The notes below the pieces were generated by a model. The model saw only the letters and a program-made list of their open reading frames with translations, was not told the DNA's origin and searched no databases. This document shows, in pieces, positions 61,453 through 64,000 of a DNA stretch of 64,000 nt. A program made the translations under genes and the position numbers. Numbering within the stretch: position 1 is the first letter of the stretch; every line of letters begins with the position of its first letter. The stretch lies in assembly GCA_003707115.1 (NCBI GenBank), contig PPNB01000011.1, positions 62,001-126,000 on the forward strand, in the 5' to 3' direction. The stretch is from Tortispora ganteri (Eukaryota).

Positions 61453-64000
61453 ATGTCCAAGCAGCTGTTGAAAAACTGCGAAAAGGCTCTCAAGGCCGGT
61501 GATTTTCAATTGGCTATTGAGATTGCAGATGATGTGCTTGAAGACTTAAACGACAACTACCTGGCGCTGGTGTTCAAGGCGAAAGCGTGCGCTGAGCTCT
61601 CCGACACCACTAGGGCCCGCGAGCTGCTCGATACTGCCGTAAAGGTAGACCCGTCTAAACGCCTTGCCTGGGCGGGGCTTAAGGATTTATGTATTAAAAC
61701 AAAAAGCGTGGACGGCTACCTTAAAGCCATAGACAGGCTCACTACTATTGAAGAAAATGACGCCGCCAGAATCAAACTCGTGCACGACGCTCAAAAGTTT
61801 GCGCTTGGTCTCAGCACTAACGACAAGATCAAATTGTACAGATACCTCATAGACTCAATGTATGACTATCTCCCTAGACCAAAAGAGGTTCTCAGAACTT
61901 GCATAGATATGATTCTTGAAAGAGAAGCATCCTCCAAAACGCAACCGGGCGTCTCTCTCGCTACCACCTCTACCGTTCCTATCTCATCACCAGACTATTC
62001 GAAGTATTTTGATATCTATATCAGCGTAGAGAATGACGACAAGTTACGGCACGATGCACAAGCGCAGCTCCTAGACTACAAACTGGCGAGGTTCAATACC
62101 GCCGACGACAAACAGCAGCTCAAATTGGATTGCTACGACCTAATGTCTCACTTAATCCTTGTGAAGTTCCCTGATCAACGTATATGGGATCTTTATTTGC
62201 AATGGTCTGATGCTTTCGATGTCGCTGAATACGATGCGGAACTACTGGCTACCTATGTTAAGCTGTTCCCCCGCGCGCCCTTCACCATGGCTCTCCACGA
62301 GTACACTACTGCGTCTGACGCTTCCAATTCGTCATCAATGCCGCCTCAAAGCACTTACGATCTCACTCCATTGACCACAGAGACTACAGAAACCGACAAT
62401 GACAGCATGGACAGCATGGATGGCCTTGACAACGATATGGAAGGCCTCAACTTTGACGACGACGACGACCCCACAGCATTCATTGATGTCATTACCAGCT
62501 GCGCAGACGCGGACTCAGAAAATTTTAATATTGCGCTGATGCTTATAAGCTCAATGGTAGACCATTTACAGTACGAGGCTGCGTTTGAACGAGGGCAAAA
62601 ACTCATTAAGCAGGTGAAGGCGTTCCAGAAGCGATATGACGTGTATTTACCGCGAAAATTTGCAGCCATTTCAATGTACGTTGGCCTGGCTGCGGTTTAC
62701 TATCAAGCGCCTAAGAACCACAACTACGCGATAACGATGTTTAACAGAGCGATGGAAGTGCCTGAAGCTGCTGTGAGATGCCACAGAGGTAAAGCACTCA
62801 TCTTTCGCTACAACAAGAAGTTGCAGGATTCTCAAAATGAACTCTCGAAAGCTTTAGAAATTGACCGTACAGACGCTGTTTTGGTGTCTGAGGTTTCTTG
62901 GAATGAGTTCCTGCTTGAATTGTACACATCCGCGTTAAGTTTTGGTCAAGAAGCCGTAAGTTTACTTGATTCTGGCTCATATCGTGCCAACATTCGAGCT
63001 GAGGTGTTCTACAGAATTGGAAGAATCCAGTACGCAATGAACGATCTTGCGTCTGCGCATAATTATTATGTTAAAGCGATAAAAGAATCGTCTTCGTTTG
63101 CCGCTACTTTCACTCACCTTGGTATACTATACGACGATAAGCTGGGGAACAAAGAAGTAGCGCAGAAGTGCTATATTAAAGCCTTTGAACTAAGCGGGGC
63201 CGAGACAGAAGCCGGAAAGCGTCTTGCTAAAGTGTTTGCATTGCAGGACGAATGGGGTTTGGTGGAAGTAGTCGCTTCAAAAGCTGCAGATGCTCTGAGG
63301 ATGTTATCTTCAGATCCAGCAGAACTAACCTGGGCACATTTGGCTTTGTCCGTTGCCTGTCTTAAAAGAGGGGAATATGCGCCTGCAATACAGTTTGCTC
63401 AATCTGCTTTACGCACGCAAAAGGACAATAAAGAAGCCTGGATCAGTCTTGGCGAAGCTTATCTTGGTATTGGCCGATTCATTGCAGCAAAAAAGGTATT
63501 TGAGCGTGCATACGAGCTCGATTCTAGCGATATGACAATCCTATATTTTTACGGCTTCAGTTGCTATCAGTTGAGTGACTTAGAAACTGCTGAGACCATT
63601 TTGACAGGGTCCAAACAAGACATATACTCTCATCTGCCTATCGTCTCTCTTTTAGTGCATATATACACCAGTCTTGCAGATGATTTCAGGAAAAGAGGGT
63701 TTCATCACAGAGCTCTGCTGTCCATCTCTAACGCATGTGCTACCATAGAGAAAATTGGTGCTGATATTACTTCACACACGATATGGTCGTTAGTTTCGAG
63801 GCTGCTCGATACATGCCTTGATATAAGCACAGAGAAATCAGCATTCAAAGGTATTCTAGAGCTATTTTGTAAGCTGGCTTCTTCTGGAGCACAGTTCACT
63901 AAGTGGGATTCAACGGTTTGCATTGAAAACTACACTTCACTCTCTCTAGCAGAACTCTCCATATTGGCGAACATAGTGACCTTGGAAGATGTAAAGGACA
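61453..64000 (+). CDS. SKI3: SKI complex TPR protein Ski3/TTC37; runs off the right edge
   Basis: Not in the ORF track. Starts MSKQLLKNCEKALKAGDFQLAIEIADDVLEDLNDNYLALVFKAKA...AWAGL; the same frame later gives FAATFTHLGILYDD...AQKCYIKAFELSGAETEAGKRLA...EWGLVEVVA. Confidence 0.85.
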   Translation, partial: MSKQLLKNCEKALKAGDFQLAIEIADDVLEDLNDNYLALVFKAKACAELSDTTRARELLDTAVKVDPSKRLAWAGLKDLCIKTKSVDGYLKAIDRLTTIEENDAARIKLVHDAQKFALGLSTNDKIKLYRYLIDSMYDYLPRPKEVLRTCIDMILEREASSKTQPGVSLATTSTVPISSPDYSKYFDIYISVENDDKLRHDAQAQLLDYKLARFNTADDKQQLKLDCYDLMSHLILVKFPDQRIWDLYLQWSDAFDVAEYDAELLATYVKLFPRAPFTMALHEYTTASDASNSSSMPPQSTYDLTPLTTETTETDNDSMDSMDGLDNDMEGLNFDDDDDPTAFIDVITSCADADSENFNIALMLISSMVDHLQYEAAFERGQKLIKQVKAFQKRYDVYLPRKFAAISMYVGLAAVYYQAPKNHNYAITMFNRAMEVPEAAVRCHRGKALIFRYNKKLQDSQNELSKALEIDRTDAVLVSEVSWNEFLLELYTSALSFGQEAVSLLDSGSYRANIRAEVFYRIGRIQYAMNDLASAHNYYVKAIKESSSFAATFTHLGILYDDKLGNKEVAQKCYIKAFELSGAETEAGKRLAKVFALQDEWGLVEVVASKAADALRMLSSDPAELTWAHLALSVACLKRGEYAPAIQFAQSALRTQKDNKEAWISLGEAYLGIGRFIAAKKVFERAYELDSSDMTILYFYGFSCYQLSDLETAETILTGSKQDIYSHLPIVSLLVHIYTSLADDFRKRGFHHRALLSISNACATIEKIGADITSHTIWSLVSRLLDTCLDISTEKSAFKGILELFCKLASSGAQFTKWDSTVCIENYTSLSLAELSILANIVTLEDVKD

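Overview
A 64-kb piece of a very gene-dense, intron-poor ascomycete yeast chromosome. It holds about 38 protein-coding genes (two cut by the window edges), one tRNA-Asp(GTC) gene and two ~60-nt spliceosomal introns that I could find. I saw no transposons, LTRs, CRISPR arrays or clear horizontally acquired cluster. Most genes are core eukaryotic housekeeping genes: SPB4, PRS5, NOP58, DPH5, DGK1, MGR2, SPC19, RAV2, COQ4, a BUD2-like RasGAP, NSE4, LIP5, MET3, UBC1, GSH2, alpha-actinin, GGA, TSR3, SRO7-like, DMA1-like, SHG1, DUG3, POL12, NUP192, THS1, CHO1, a WSC sensor, a Whi5/Stb1-like repressor, HMG-CoA lyase, VAC14, SEC17, NIP100, RSA3, AIM6 and SKI3. CUG reads as Leu. Alpha-actinin, HMG-CoA lyase and a full-length Met3 suggest an early-diverging Saccharomycotina lineage (inference). 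I found no unambiguous new biological system. The best leads are: a possible CUG-initiated mitochondrial presequence on COQ4; an AUGA stop/start overlap joining alpha-actinin to a hydrolase; a recurrent telomere-like GGGTTAGGG promoter element; extreme gene packing with overlapping convergent stops; SPC19-RAV2-COQ4 microsynteny; and three unassigned ORFs. All calls come from motif recognition by eye, and S. cerevisiae comparisons are from memory.
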